64,000 nucleotides of DNA. Origin: a bacterium (lineage in GTDB: Bacteria > SAR324 > NAC60-12). The notes under the pieces are model-generated. The model ran no database searches, was not told the DNA's origin, and saw only the letters and a program-made list of their open reading frames with translations. This document shows positions 37,981-47,017 of the stretch, piece by piece. The translations under genes and the position numbers were made by a program. The stretch lies in the NCBI GenBank assembly GCA_965209155.1, contig OZ242383.1, forward strand, positions 224,001 through 288,000, written 5' to 3'. Numbering within the stretch: position 1 is the first letter of the stretch; the number at the start of each line of letters is the position of its first letter.

Positions 37981-38072
37981 GATGATCGAAGTGGGCCGGA
38001 ATCAGTGATCGAAGTGGGCCGGAATCAGTGATCGAAGTGGACCGGAATCGGTGATCGAAGTGGGCCGGAATA
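37981..38072. repeat. IS21 subterminal repeats (4 copies of 23 bp)
   Basis: TGATCGAAGTGG(G/A)CCGGAAT four times, head to tail with no spacers. Confidence 0.85.
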
Positions 38073-38598
38073 TGCAGCCTCTCTGAGCTTCCTGGGATTC
38101 GGTCTTCCCCCCACCTTTCCATGTTGGGGAGGGATGCTCAGCCGGGAAGGACGTCAATACATGGAGATGGCACCGCGGCTGACCCTGTGCCCAGGGGTTT
38201 TCCTGAAGCTGGTCGTATACTCCCTCAACTTGTTCGGCGATGCGGTGAGGGACCTGCTCGACCCCCGGCTGCAGGGCAGTGAGGGTAGTTACGCCACTGC
38301 GGGGATGAAAAGCAAACGAGGCTTCCTGGCCAGATTGATCTCCCCTTTCAACTGGTAAGCACGTAGAACACTCCACCCTTCCACTGTAGCGCCTTAAAAC
38401 TGGATGTTGTGTTTCTTCAAACAATTTTTTATAAAATAGTCTTATTGCTTCTTAGTTTAAAATGCCGGTAAAAATGGCAGACGAATATCGAGCGACTAGC
38501 GTCATGACGCTTAAAACCAGCAATTAACTTTCATCCCTTGCATGATCCTATCAACGAATCCGAAGGTGGCCCCACTGAGAGGTTGTCCTGCAGGACTC

Positions 38599-38946
38599 CT
38601 ATAAGGCATCTTGATATATGCATGCATCCAAGATACTCAAAACTTCTTCTAAGATTTGAGTTGGAGCTTTTTCAGCAAACTTGAGTTTACGACTGTGATA
38701 ATCAATGGATTTAACTTGTTCTACCATAATGTAACCCGTTAATGATGAGTCATTTGGTACTGGAACATGGAAAGGAATATTGCGATGAGATTTCGTGATT
38801 GGACAGACGATAGTAAGACCTGTTGCCTTGTTAAACACTTCATTGCTAACAACTATCGCAGGACGCCGTCCCTTTTGTTCATGCCCTGATTGTGGATCGA
38901 ACGTTATTATTACAAAGTCTCCCTTTTGTGGAACATATCGAGGCAT
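38599..38946 (-). CDS. mazF: PemK/MazF endoribonuclease toxin
   Basis: FDPQSGHEQKGRRPAIVVS, CPIT and QVKSIDY motifs. Confidence 0.93.
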   Translation of the reverse strand: MPRYVPQKGDFVIITFDPQSGHEQKGRRPAIVVSNEVFNKATGLTIVCPITKSHRNIPFHVPVPNDSSLTGYIMVEQVKSIDYHSRKLKFAEKAPTQILEEVLSILDACIYQDAL

Positions 38947-39195
38947 TTACCATACCTCCTGCCCAATGGGCTCTCCCCAGTCTTCTTCTTGTGGTTTGTA
39001 ATCCTTTGGCATCTTTGCAACCAACTCTTTGATATCATACCTTCCATGTACTTTATTGATAGATTCAATGATTATTTTCCCCTCTTGAACAGATATATCC
39101 ACTTCTTCTCCAACTTTGATTCGAGAATCATGAAGAAGGCTTTTAGGAATTCTAATCCCCTGACTATTTCCCCATTGCTGAACTTTAGATAACAT
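38947..39195 (-). CDS. mazE: AbrB/MazE antitoxin
   Basis: KVQQWGNSQGIRIPK...DWGEPIGQEVW; AAGGAG RBS; abuts mazF. Confidence 0.93.
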   Translation of the reverse strand: MLSKVQQWGNSQGIRIPKSLLHDSRIKVGEEVDISVQEGKIIIESINKVHGRYDIKELVAKMPKDYKPQEEDWGEPIGQEVW

Positions 39196-39227
39196 TGTCC
39201 ATTCTCCTTTCTGCTCTACAAATATTA

Positions 39228-39248
39228 TGTATATCCTTAATATATACA
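39228..39248. promoter_or_regulatory. mazEF autoregulatory operator candidate
   Basis: TGTATAT-N7-ATATACA inverted repeat upstream of mazE. Confidence 0.55.
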
Positions 39249-39379
39249 AGCAACTCGAGGTTGCAAGCATTTTTTATCAAGTGTATTTTTCTTGTTAGCT
39301 AATGCCGAGGTGAGCGGCGCCCAGGACCCCGAGATGGACCGCTTGATGGCAGTGACGCAAATGAGGAGCGTGATGGGAA

Positions 39380-39988
39380 CTATAATAAATGAAATTCTTT
39401 GAGCACGTTTGCCAGAGGTGGGTCGGTGGCGGCCAATTTGCGTAAGGCAGCGATCAAATCTTGCAGACGATTGTCTTTTTTGATCTCTTGCACCGCTTGG
39501 GTTACAGCTCGGTCAATGATCGCTTCTTCTTTAGGAGCGGCCTCCCGCTCCAGCGTTTCCAGGGTCTCTTGTTTTGCTTTGCGAATTATTGTGCGTCGGT
39601 CCCAATAAGCAAATCCGATGACACCCAGGGTCAGGACCGTAAAAATGCCAGCAATCAGTTGCAAGGTACTCATCATCTGTTCAAAGCGCATATCTACCTG
39701 TTCAAAGCGCTTATCTATTTGTTCAAATCGCTTATCTATTTGTTCAAATCGCTTGTTCATGTCTTCCCGTAATTCGACAATGCGCTTATCCACTTGTTCG
39801 AAGCGCTTATCCACTTGTTCGAAGCGTTGATCGGTGACTTCCATAAAAAGCGTTAAGGTGGTTTCCAGCCGAATGATACGCTCTCGATCTTCTTGCGTAA
39901 ATCCGAACGATTCTTGCCCGTATACCGCCACATGGCTCAGCAACCAGCTTATTCCTCCAATCAACGCAATGAACCAAAATCTTCTCAT
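39380..39988 (-). CDS. Membrane-anchored coiled-coil protein with KRFEQ(V/I)D heptad repeats, copy 1
   Basis: GGAGG RBS, signal-like N-terminus, 21-nt tandem repeats, TM helix, C-terminal domain. Confidence 0.8.
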   Translation of the reverse strand: MRRFWFIALIGGISWLLSHVAVYGQESFGFTQEDRERIIRLETTLTLFMEVTDQRFEQVDKRFEQVDKRIVELREDMNKRFEQIDKRFEQIDKRFEQVDMRFEQMMSTLQLIAGIFTVLTLGVIGFAYWDRRTIIRKAKQETLETLEREAAPKEEAIIDRAVTQAVQEIKKDNRLQDLIAALRKLAATDPPLANVLKEFHLL

Positions 39989-40216
39989 AACCTCCTTTTT
40001 CCTCAAACTGGAATAACTGCTTGCAGTTTACCACTGTTCTTCCTTTCCTGCAACTGCCCGGCAAAAGTTGAAACTTGATCGCTTTGAATTTTAAAAAATC
40101 GTTTTTATCTGCCGAAATGATTGTTGGAGTTTGATCTTTCTTCGCATCCGGCAAGATGTTCAAACGGGCAAACCGCTCTATTTTAAAGGCTACCCTACTT
40201 TTTTTTCATTTATTGC

Positions 40217-40243
40217 TTGACATGTCCGGGGGGGGGGTAGACT
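40217..40243 (+). promoter_or_regulatory. Sigma70-like promoter with a G10 tract in the spacer
   Basis: TTGACA-TGTCC-G10-TAGACT, spacer 15 nt. Confidence 0.5.
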
Positions 40244-40401
40244 GCACTTTCTTTCACCCAATGGAGGGTGAAACAGGGCCGCAAATCCAAGCGGTTTCCT
40301 GAGCACGCAAAAGCCCTTGTTTCAAGGGATCACCTTTGTCAAATAAGGAGGAAAGATGACGAAGACAAAATGCAAATGTGGAAAATACCTGAATAGTTAC
40401 G

Positions 40402-40968
40402 CTATAATAAATGAAATTCTTTGAGTACGTTTGCCAGAGGTGGGTCGGTGGCGGCCAATTTGCGTAAGGCAGCGATCAAGTCTTGCAGACGATTGTCTTT
40501 TTTGATCTCTTGCACCGCTTGGGTTACAGCTCGGTCAATGATCGCTTCTTCTTTAGGAGCGGCCTCCCGCTCCAGCGTTTCCAGGGTCTCGTGTTTTGCT
40601 TGGCGAATAATAGTGCGTCGATCCCAATAAGCAAAGCCGATCACTCCCAGGGTCAGGACCGTAAAAATACCGGCAATCAGTTGCAAAGTATTCATCATCT
40701 GTTCAAAGCGCTTATCTATTTGTTCAAAGCGCTTATCTATTTGTTCAAAGCGCTTGTTCATGTCTTCCCGTAATTCGACAATGCGCTTATCCACTTGTTC
40801 AAAGCGTTGATCGGTGACTTCCATAAAAAGCGTTAAGGTGGTTTCCAGCCGAATGATACGCTCTCGATCTTCCTGGGTAAATCCAAGTGTTTGTTGCCCA
40901 TAAACCGCCCCATGGCACAGCAACCAGCTTGCTCCTCCAATCAACGCAATGAACCAAAATCTTCTCAT
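40402..40968 (-). CDS. Membrane-anchored coiled-coil protein, copy 2 (two heptads shorter)
   Basis: Near-identical paralog of 39380-39988. Confidence 0.8.
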   Translation of the reverse strand: MRRFWFIALIGGASWLLCHGAVYGQQTLGFTQEDRERIIRLETTLTLFMEVTDQRFEQVDKRIVELREDMNKRFEQIDKRFEQIDKRFEQMMNTLQLIAGIFTVLTLGVIGFAYWDRRTIIRQAKHETLETLEREAAPKEEAIIDRAVTQAVQEIKKDNRLQDLIAALRKLAATDPPLANVLKEFHLL

Positions 40969-41480
40969 AACCTTATTTTTCCTCAAACTGGAATAAACGC
41001 TTGCAGTTTACCACCGTTCTTTCTTTCCTGCAACGGCCCGGCAAATGAGGATAGGCGAGAAGCTATCTGGTTTTTGAAACGGATCTTCACTTCGGTGATT
41101 TCTGAGCAATGCCTTGATAATAGTGGGCTAGAGCTTATTTTTTGACAAAAATTGTAGTCACTAAAAAGTGCAATTTTGGGAAGATTTTCGTTGAATACGA
41201 CTCAATTTCGGGTTAGAGTGTTTCCAAAATCGTTTGTTCTTTCAAAGAGTTATGTAGACACTAAGAATTTTTTAAAATTTATAGTAAAATCAGTCGGTTA
41301 GGTCTATACTCTGGGGTGAAGATCCGTTGAAAAAGAAAGAGGGAGTTTGACAAGGAGCATTCCATTCTACAGAATAAGGTTGGACAATTGCTCTGAAAAG
41401 CGTAAATTAAATCACTGTTATTTTTATAGATAGGGACAAGGAGTTTGAAGAGTTCCTGATTCGAATGAATACTCCCCGGT

Positions 41481-41792
41481 ATGCTCAGCATTCCATGGTT
41501 CAGCCTGGAGGTTTCCCACAAGGAGATGAATAAAGGCTTTGCCGATATTTTCCTGGAACCCTTTCTGGCCAAATATCCCGATCTGCCCTGCCTCTACCTG
41601 ATTGAACTGAAGTATCTCAAACGCGGAGCCCTCAGTGACTCCCTCCTGCAACAAACCATAGAGGAGGCCCGGGGGCAACTGGCTCACTACCTGCAGGATG
41701 AGCTCCTCCAAAACCAATACGCCTCCCTGCAAACCATCGGCCTGATCCTGGTATTTCACGGCTGGGAACTGATCTATTGTGAGACAGGCTAA
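41481..41792 (+). pseudogene. C-terminal fragment of an AAA-ATPase / PD-(D/E)XK nuclease protein
   Basis: EMNKGFADIFLEP...LIELKYLK...EARGQL..Y nuclease-type motif; N-terminal ATPase domain absent. Confidence 0.65.
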
Positions 41793-41976
41793 TCGCATCC
41801 TGACGAAGGACAGGCGGAGATCGGGCCGGAGAGCTTACAAAGATTAAAAAATTTCTCCAAATCTTTACCGCCAGTGGCCCTGTCGACTACAATGGCCAGT
41901 ATTACAAGCTCGACCAAGCCCCACTCTCCCCAGGGTCTTATCATTGGAAAAGCGAAATATAGAAAAGGTTTGTATT

Positions 41977-42636
41977 TCATACAAAATCGATCAGCCCGGC
42001 CCTGATGGCTTTAGCAACTGCTTGCGAACGCGAGTGGACGTCCATCTTGAGATAGATGTTTCTGATATGGGTGCGGCTGGTATGTTCCGATATATAGAGA
42101 GATGAAGCGATTTCCTTGTCACTGTATCCCTGGGCCAGGCATTCCAGGATTTCCAATTCGCGTTTGGTCAGGGACAAGTCCTCATCCGCTATACGGACCG
42201 CTCGCTTATTCTTAATGGATAAAAAAACTTTTTTCACGATTTTATAATCCATAATCTCCCGGTCATTCGCCACATCCCGGATGGCAGCGATCAGGTCGGC
42301 TCTTTCCACGTCTTTTAATAAGAATCCATGGGCTCCAGCATGAATCGATTGTTCCACATATTTCGGATCATCATAACTGGTAAGAATAATGACCTTTACT
42401 TCCGGGAATGCCTTTTTGATATTTTTCGTTGCTTCAAAACCGTTCATTCCCGACATTTTTATATCCATTAACACCAAATCGGGAGGTTCTCCCTGTTTGA
42501 TCATATCCAGGCATTCATCGCCGTCTTTGGCAAAATTGATGACAGTGAATGATTTCTCAAAACTGAGCATCTGTTTCAGCCCTTCGCCAATCATTGGTTG
42601 ATCATCAACAATCAGTATTTTAACTGCTGGAACCAT
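41977..42636 (-). CDS. NarL/FixJ-family response regulator
   Basis: Receiver domain (IVDD, LMDI, LLK) plus LuxR HTH LTKRELEIL...EIASSLYISEHT. Confidence 0.95.
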   Translation of the reverse strand: MVPAVKILIVDDQPMIGEGLKQMLSFEKSFTVINFAKDGDECLDMIKQGEPPDLVLMDIKMSGMNGFEATKNIKKAFPEVKVIILTSYDDPKYVEQSIHAGAHGFLLKDVERADLIAAIRDVANDREIMDYKIVKKVFLSIKNKRAVRIADEDLSLTKRELEILECLAQGYSDKEIASSLYISEHTSRTHIRNIYLKMDVHSRSQAVAKAIRAGLIDFV

Positions 42637-44404
42637 TTCTGATCTCCTCGATCGGAATTGTGATGTGAATGTGAAAACCCTGGTTCAAGCGGGTCGAAAT
42701 ATTCATTTGTCCTTTGAAAGAATCAATTCTTTGCTGCATATAAAACAACCCAAACCTTCCGTTTTTCGGAGAGACCAGCATTTCAGGATCACTTTCAGAC
42801 CCTGTCCCGTTATCCCGAATGGACAAAATCAATTCTTTTTCATCGAAGCCCAAATCGAGCTCAATTTCAGTCGCACTTGAATGCTTGGAAATATTAGTCA
42901 AAGCTTCCCGAATGATCTGGTACAATGCCAACTTCACATTGGAGGCCATTGACAAACCATCTTCAACCCGACTGATTACTTGGATACCCGTATTTGCGCT
43001 AAAAACTTCGAAATAGTTTTCCAGGGCTGAATTCAAGCCGATATTGTCAATCACATCCGGGTGCAGTACTGAAATTACTTTTCGGGATTGCTGAATCGCT
43101 TCCTGGACTTTGGTATTTAACCATTTCACTTCATTATGGAACGATTGCGGGTCTTGGTACATCAGGTCGCATGCCTGCAGCCGATAGTGAATGGTGGTGA
43201 GGGTCTGTGTCAGGGTATCGTGAATCTCCTCAGCAATTCTTTTTCGTTCCTGCGCGCTTGTTTCAAGGATGTTCATGGTGAGAAGTTTCAGGTGCTCATT
43301 TTGTTCCTGGATTGTCTGATCCCTCTTGCCGATCAATCTGAATAAATAGATGATTGGGATTAACAAAATGATGCTCATCCCATAAACAACGCCCAGAATT
43401 CTTACCATTTGGAATGTATTTGAACGCGCTATTTCCTGGGTGTAGAGTGAATTTATGACTGCAACAATCCCCGAGTCTGAATAAACGGGAACCGTCCCCA
43501 GAAAAAAGTTGTCCTCTGCTATTTCAATTTCATCGAACAATAACGTCTCATTTTCAATACTCCAGTTTTCGTTTTTTTCGGGGAACTTGGAGAAATCGAA
43601 TTGAGGATAATTGTTGAGTGTCCCAAAAGACTCTCCGGATTTCATAGACACATTCATTTGTGTCCCCGACAGCATTGCCGTTCTTTGAATAAATTCCGGT
43701 TCAATAAAACTGATCGCTTTTAGGATGCCAACCTGCTCTCTTACAGTGATCCACTCGTTATCCTGTTTTTGTAGTGTCGTACCAAACATCGGCATTAGCG
43801 ATACCAACGCCAGTTGTTGGCCCTCTTCATCAAATCGTATGATTTCCTTGTCTGATATCGGGTTTTCGTAATGGGTTGCAAAACCGGTCAAGGTCGTTTG
43901 TTCAATAAAGAGGCTCTTTGTCGGAGGTTTTGCCGATTCACCCCTCGCAACAATATAGTGTTTGCGAGAGTGCTGGTAAGCCCCGATGTCGATGACATTA
44001 TCGTAAAAGTGATAAAACGCCACCAGCCGCCCCTCATTGTTGTACAAGGTAACTTTGTTAATGTTTTTATTCGTTAAACCGATAAGCACCAACTGATTGA
44101 GCATTTCATAATAAAATGATTCCAGAACGGAAGATTCTGCCCAGAATTGTTTATCATTAATGAGCTGAAACCTCAGGGTAATGGCCTCGGTATTTGCCAA
44201 TTGACGGGAATAATCGATTAAGTCACGTTTTTTTTTATCAATAAGATCAGAAAAAACGAAAAACGAGTTTTTAATGATTTTGTAGGATGCGGCTCTATTT
44301 TGTGAATTCGTCGTGTAGGAGACAACAGCAATAATAAACGTCATCACTAATATCACCGCGAGGGATACTGTTGGCATCATTGTCTTTTGAAGGTCGATCT
44401 TCAT
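42620..44404 (-). CDS. Sensor histidine kinase (HisKA_3 / NarX-like) with a large periplasmic domain
   Basis: Two TMs, ERKRIAEEIHD, EALTNISKHS, DNGTG and FGL motifs. Confidence 0.93.
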   Translation of the reverse strand: MKIDLQKTMMPTVSLAVILVMTFIIAVVSYTTNSQNRAASYKIIKNSFFVFSDLIDKKKRDLIDYSRQLANTEAITLRFQLINDKQFWAESSVLESFYYEMLNQLVLIGLTNKNINKVTLYNNEGRLVAFYHFYDNVIDIGAYQHSRKHYIVARGESAKPPTKSLFIEQTTLTGFATHYENPISDKEIIRFDEEGQQLALVSLMPMFGTTLQKQDNEWITVREQVGILKAISFIEPEFIQRTAMLSGTQMNVSMKSGESFGTLNNYPQFDFSKFPEKNENWSIENETLLFDEIEIAEDNFFLGTVPVYSDSGIVAVINSLYTQEIARSNTFQMVRILGVVYGMSIILLIPIIYLFRLIGKRDQTIQEQNEHLKLLTMNILETSAQERKRIAEEIHDTLTQTLTTIHYRLQACDLMYQDPQSFHNEVKWLNTKVQEAIQQSRKVISVLHPDVIDNIGLNSALENYFEVFSANTGIQVISRVEDGLSMASNVKLALYQIIREALTNISKHSSATEIELDLGFDEKELILSIRDNGTGSESDPEMLVSPKNGRFGLFYMQQRIDSFKGQMNISTRLNQGFHIHITIPIEEIRNGSSS

Positions 44405-44460
44405 GCGACTCAGATGAATGACTGTTTGTGTGGAAATGATAATTGATTATTTCAAAGAAA

Positions 44461-44551
44461 TACCCAGGTTCGGGTGGAAAGTATATCCCTCATTTGAGGT
44501 AAAAGATTTCCCTACCGCAAATGGGGTATTTAAACTACCTCATTTTTGCAA
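44461..44551. promoter_or_regulatory. Array of 7-2-7 NarL-type operator candidates (consensus TACCTCA-N2-TGAGGTA)
   Basis: TCCCTCATTTGAGGTA (44486), TACCGCAAATGGGGTA (44513), TACCTCATTTTTGCAA (44536) and a weaker copy at 44461. Confidence 0.6.
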
Positions 44552-44666
44552 AAAATACTGTGATTGAGCGATTGAAAGCTCCTTCATCAATGGGTAGTAT
44601 CGGCCCTGCAATGAGCCAAAAAGCTCATTGCATCAGAAGAACGATCGCTTTCTGATGTTTCTAGCG

Positions 44667-44715
44667 CCCGCCTCCGCGTACGGCCTTTGCTAAAGGGGCC
44701 GTACGCGGAAGCGGG
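44667..44715. repeat. Long GC-rich hairpin in the transporter leader
   Basis: CCCGCCTCCGCGTACGGCCTTT-GCTAA-AGGGGCCGTACGCGGAAGCGGG. Confidence 0.65.
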
Positions 44716-44775
44716 AAAAGGTTGTCGGTCAAAGAATAAATAGATGCTGAATATAGTCTGGTCTGAGGAGATCTG

Positions 44776-45657
44776 ATGGAATTTGCTGTAAAAATGATTT
44801 TTGAGGTTCTTTCCTACGCATCCATTATGGTCATCATCGTATTGGGCCTGGCGGTCGTTATCAGCATGATGGATATCATCAATATCGCGCATGCTGAATT
44901 CGTCACGTTGGGCGCATATTGGGTTTATCTAATGGAACTTTGGCAGTTTCCCATCTGGCTGGCGATGATGACCGCTCCTTTGATTGTCGCTTTGCTGGGC
45001 ATCATTGTGGAGAAAACGATATTCCGCAGGCTATATGATAATGTGATAACCGGCATATTGGCATCCTATGCCCTTGCTATCGTTTTACGCGAAGGCGTAC
45101 GGGCTCTATTGCAAGGCAAGGAATACTATGTGGCTGTTTCTTACGGCGGTTCTATTGAGGTTTTTGGCGTTGAGTTTTCCTTATGGCGGATGGCGATTAT
45201 TATCATAACCGTAATTGTTATAATATTTTGTTATCTGCTGCTGACAAGAACCTCAGTGGGACTCAAAGTGCGGGGGGCTCTCGACAATCCGTCATTGGCA
45301 CGGACTTCGGGAATCTCCACCACTCGTCTCTATTCGTTAACCTTTGCTTTCGGGGCCAGCCTGGCGGGGCTGGCCGGAGCAATGATCGTACCTTTGTACG
45401 GGATATCGGCCGATCTAGGCGTGAGATTCTTAATTCAAGCCTTTTATTCGGCCCTGTTGGGAGGCATCGGAGGGTTTATCGAACCAGTTTTAGGGGCTGT
45501 CGTAGTGGGTTCCTCACTCTCCGGCTCCCAATGGCTGAGGAACATTTCCGGCCTTGATCAATTCACGTCTCCAGTTTCCATCGAAGTAATGGTTTTTATC
45601 GTGATTTTGATTGTTGTAAAACTTCGTCCGGATGGCATCTTTACCTCTAAACAGTGA
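44776..45657 (+). CDS. Branched-chain/urea/amide-type ABC permease (LivH/UrtB-like)
   Basis: IINIAHAEF, LAGLAGA, LLGGIG and RPDGIF motifs. Confidence 0.9.
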   Translation: MEFAVKMIFEVLSYASIMVIIVLGLAVVISMMDIINIAHAEFVTLGAYWVYLMELWQFPIWLAMMTAPLIVALLGIIVEKTIFRRLYDNVITGILASYALAIVLREGVRALLQGKEYYVAVSYGGSIEVFGVEFSLWRMAIIIITVIVIIFCYLLLTRTSVGLKVRGALDNPSLARTSGISTTRLYSLTFAFGASLAGLAGAMIVPLYGISADLGVRFLIQAFYSALLGGIGGFIEPVLGAVVVGSSLSGSQWLRNISGLDQFTSPVSIEVMVFIVILIVVKLRPDGIFTSKQ

Positions 45658-45690
45658 GGAAATCTATCATCCATCATACATAATGCATAT

Positions 45691-45824
45691 AAAGAGAGGA
45701 ATTTGATTATGGATAAAGAACGCAAAAAAACGAACATGGATAAAAAATCTGCTAAAACAAAAGAGAGGAATTTGATTATGGATAAAGAACGCAAAAAAAC
45801 GAACATGGATAAAAAATCTGCTAA
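45691..45824 (+). repeat. Perfect 65-bp direct repeat (69-nt period) containing RBS and start codon
   Basis: 45691-45755 is identical to 45760-45824. Confidence 0.9.
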
Positions 45825-47016
45825 TGGCATCACACGCCGCCGTTTTTTAGGAAACAGTGCTTTACTGTCAGCCGCATGGGCGGGTACTTTGGCCACCGGA
45901 TGGGTACTCCGTCCCCAATGGGCCAACGCTGCCGCAGGTCCGATTAAGATCGGGCTCCTTATGCCGACGTCAGGTAGTAATGCTCCGGACGGCAAAAGTT
46001 GCGTGCAAATGGCCGAGGCCTGGGCAAAAATGAAAAACGGCCAAGGTGGAATTCTTGGCCGACCCATTGAGTTTCATGTAGAGGACTACGGTTCAGAACC
46101 CGCCAAAGCACCAGCAGCCGCACGCAGATTGGCACAACAAAAGAATGTTGATATGATCTGCGGAACAATATTCAGTTCAACTCGGAACGCTGCCAAACAC
46201 CAAATCACTGTCCGTGATAAAAAACTGTTTATGTATCCCACACTTTATGAAGGAGGAGAGTGCACCCCAAATGTTTTTTGCACCGGCCCTGTACCCAATC
46301 AACAATTTCCCCCTGCAGGAGATTATATTGTAAAACAGGGTAAAAAACGAGCGGCGCTAGTCGGCAGTGACTATATTTACCCCCGAAATGTAAATAAAGC
46401 TGCTCGAAGAGAGTTGGAAAAGCGTAACATAGAAATTGTGTTTGAAGAGTATTATCCAATGGACCAGACGGATTTCTCCGCATCCGCTGCAAAAATCCAC
46501 TCTGAAAAAATAGATTGTCTCGTCAATGCGGTTATCGGGGGATTATTGCCTTTCAGTAAGCAGGTCTTTGAAACGGGTTTTTATAAGAATGGAGGCCTTG
46601 TATTTCACCCTGCCTTTAGTGATTCTTCATTTGATTATGTCCCTTCAAAATTCTTTCCCAATGTGTTAGGTGCTCAACCTAGTTTTTGGGATGTGAAATC
46701 GCCTGAAAATGAATTCATCCGGAATGCATACTACGACATAGACCCGAAGATGAAAGTAGAACCGGGGACAATTGCAAATGCTACGTGGCGAGCCCTTCAG
46801 CTTTATGAGCAGGCAATTATCAAAACCAACGGTGATTTGAGAACCGATGCTATTGCAGAGGCTTTACCGGGGAGCAGAACTGAATTGAATGCAGGGGGAC
46901 CGGCTGAAATGATAAAGAACCATTGCAAGATGAATATGTATTTGGCTGAAAACCAGGGCGGGAAAATGAAAGTGATTGCGAAAGATGAAATGGTAGATCC
47001 TCGGGAGTGTATTTAA
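45709..47016 (+). CDS. AmiC/UrtA-like periplasmic binding protein with Tat signal
   Basis: TRRRFLG, GGILGRPIE, SSTRNA, YPTLYEGGEC and GSDYIYP motifs; N-terminal duplication makes the start ambiguous. Confidence 0.88.
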   Translation: MDKERKKTNMDKKSAKTKERNLIMDKERKKTNMDKKSANGITRRRFLGNSALLSAAWAGTLATGWVLRPQWANAAAGPIKIGLLMPTSGSNAPDGKSCVQMAEAWAKMKNGQGGILGRPIEFHVEDYGSEPAKAPAAARRLAQQKNVDMICGTIFSSTRNAAKHQITVRDKKLFMYPTLYEGGECTPNVFCTGPVPNQQFPPAGDYIVKQGKKRAALVGSDYIYPRNVNKAARRELEKRNIEIVFEEYYPMDQTDFSASAAKIHSEKIDCLVNAVIGGLLPFSKQVFETGFYKNGGLVFHPAFSDSSFDYVPSKFFPNVLGAQPSFWDVKSPENEFIRNAYYDIDPKMKVEPGTIANATWRALQLYEQAIIKTNGDLRTDAIAEALPGSRTELNAGGPAEMIKNHCKMNMYLAENQGGKMKVIAKDEMVDPRECI

Positions 47017-47017
47017 A

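Larger units (their letters stand above)
35443..38076 (-). mobile_element. IS21-family insertion sequence (2634 bp)
   Basis: TG...CA ends, imperfect terminal inverted repeats, 7-bp target duplication GCCTCTC (35436-35442 and 38077-38083), istA and istB. Confidence 0.95.
34735..38358 (+). pseudogene. DppC/OppC-like permease, frameshifted and interrupted by IS21
   Basis: LLGTDHVGRD, HVLPNIMAP, AEASL|SFLG split by the IS, NLFGDAVRDLLDP; frameshifts near 35250 and 38120. Confidence 0.9.

Noticed and set aside
37981..38072. 23-bp repeats resembling a CRISPR array
   Set aside because: No spacers, mirrored at the other IS end, and no cas genes; these are IS21 subterminal repeats.
39670..39830. 21-bp repeats as CRISPR or non-coding VNTR
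   Set aside because: They are in-frame coding heptads of the coiled-coil protein.
40150..40320. c-di-GMP-I riboswitch (GGGCAAACC and GGGCCGCAAA fragments)
   Set aside because: The fragments are too far apart and I could not build the P1/P2 stems; an Rfam scan would settle it.
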